Shown here: piece by piece, positions 63,882-64,000 of the stretch | Position numbering within the stretch: position 1 is the first letter of the stretch | How the letters are laid out: each line of letters opens with the position of its first letter | Origin: a virus | Taxonomy: Duplodnaviria > Caudoviricetes | Strand: one strand, 5' to 3' | DNA: 64,000 bases | Virus record (IMG/VR): IMGVR_UViG_3300037424_000434 | Location: 96,001 to 160,000 of that record | Notes under the pieces: generated by a model | The model's database searches: none | Told to the model about the DNA's origin: nothing | The model's input: the letters and a program-made list of their open reading frames with translations, nothing else | Program-made: the position numbers and the translations under genes

Positions 63882-64000
63882 TGGCCGTAAGACAATACCC
63901 ACCCAAAGGGGTTCATGACAATGCATTTAATGAGGGGTCGGATACTCTCTGGTTGTGGGTTCAACCGAAGAAGATAATAACAATAAACCGATGGAACACT
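63881..64000 (+). CDS. Start of a baseplate gene (partial, possibly gp48-like)
   Basis: ATG overlaps the previous TAA. MAVRQYPPKGVHDNAF...LWLWVQP, open to the window end. Confidence 0.45.
   Translation, partial: MAVRQYPPKGVHDNAFNEGSDTLWLWVQPKKIITINRWNT

Noticed and set aside
1-64000. Stop-codon reassignment (alternative genetic code)
   Set aside because: Long essential genes are open in code 11 and end in TAA, TAG and TGA. The TGA at 1922 is accompanied by a frame change, so read-through would not repair it.

Overview
A 64-kb stretch of a large T4-like (contractile-tailed) dsDNA phage genome in the standard genetic code, covering the virion morphogenesis region. Order: gp4 and gp2-like; a membrane protein plus a PAS-GAF sensor; short fibre genes; head module (gp20 portal, gp67-like, gp21 protease with an intein, gp22, gp23); a minus-strand island of sigma70-driven genes (lipoprotein, LAGLIDADG nuclease, orphan IS607-type serine recombinase, adenine methyltransferase); gp16, PIN-PhoH and gp17; neck genes gp13 and gp14; about 22 kb of fibre, LamG and FG-GAP genes; then gp15, gp3, gp18, gp19, gp26, gp51 and gp29. 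The standout is the terminase large subunit. It is encoded as four separate polypeptides that must be joined by three atypically split inteins (N-halves of 30, 34 and 37 aa) plus one cis intein ending in Gln. Removing the four inteins gives a 514-aa gp17 with intact Walker A, Walker B, coupling motif and nuclease domain. The three fracture sites show a homing endonuclease present, decayed and absent. About 11 homing-type nucleases occur in the window, two of them between duplicated host-gene sequence. The gp2-like gene is interrupted by a TCT-TGA-G-TCT site resembling a ribosomal stop-hop. Family assignments come from motif recognition only; no database searches were run.
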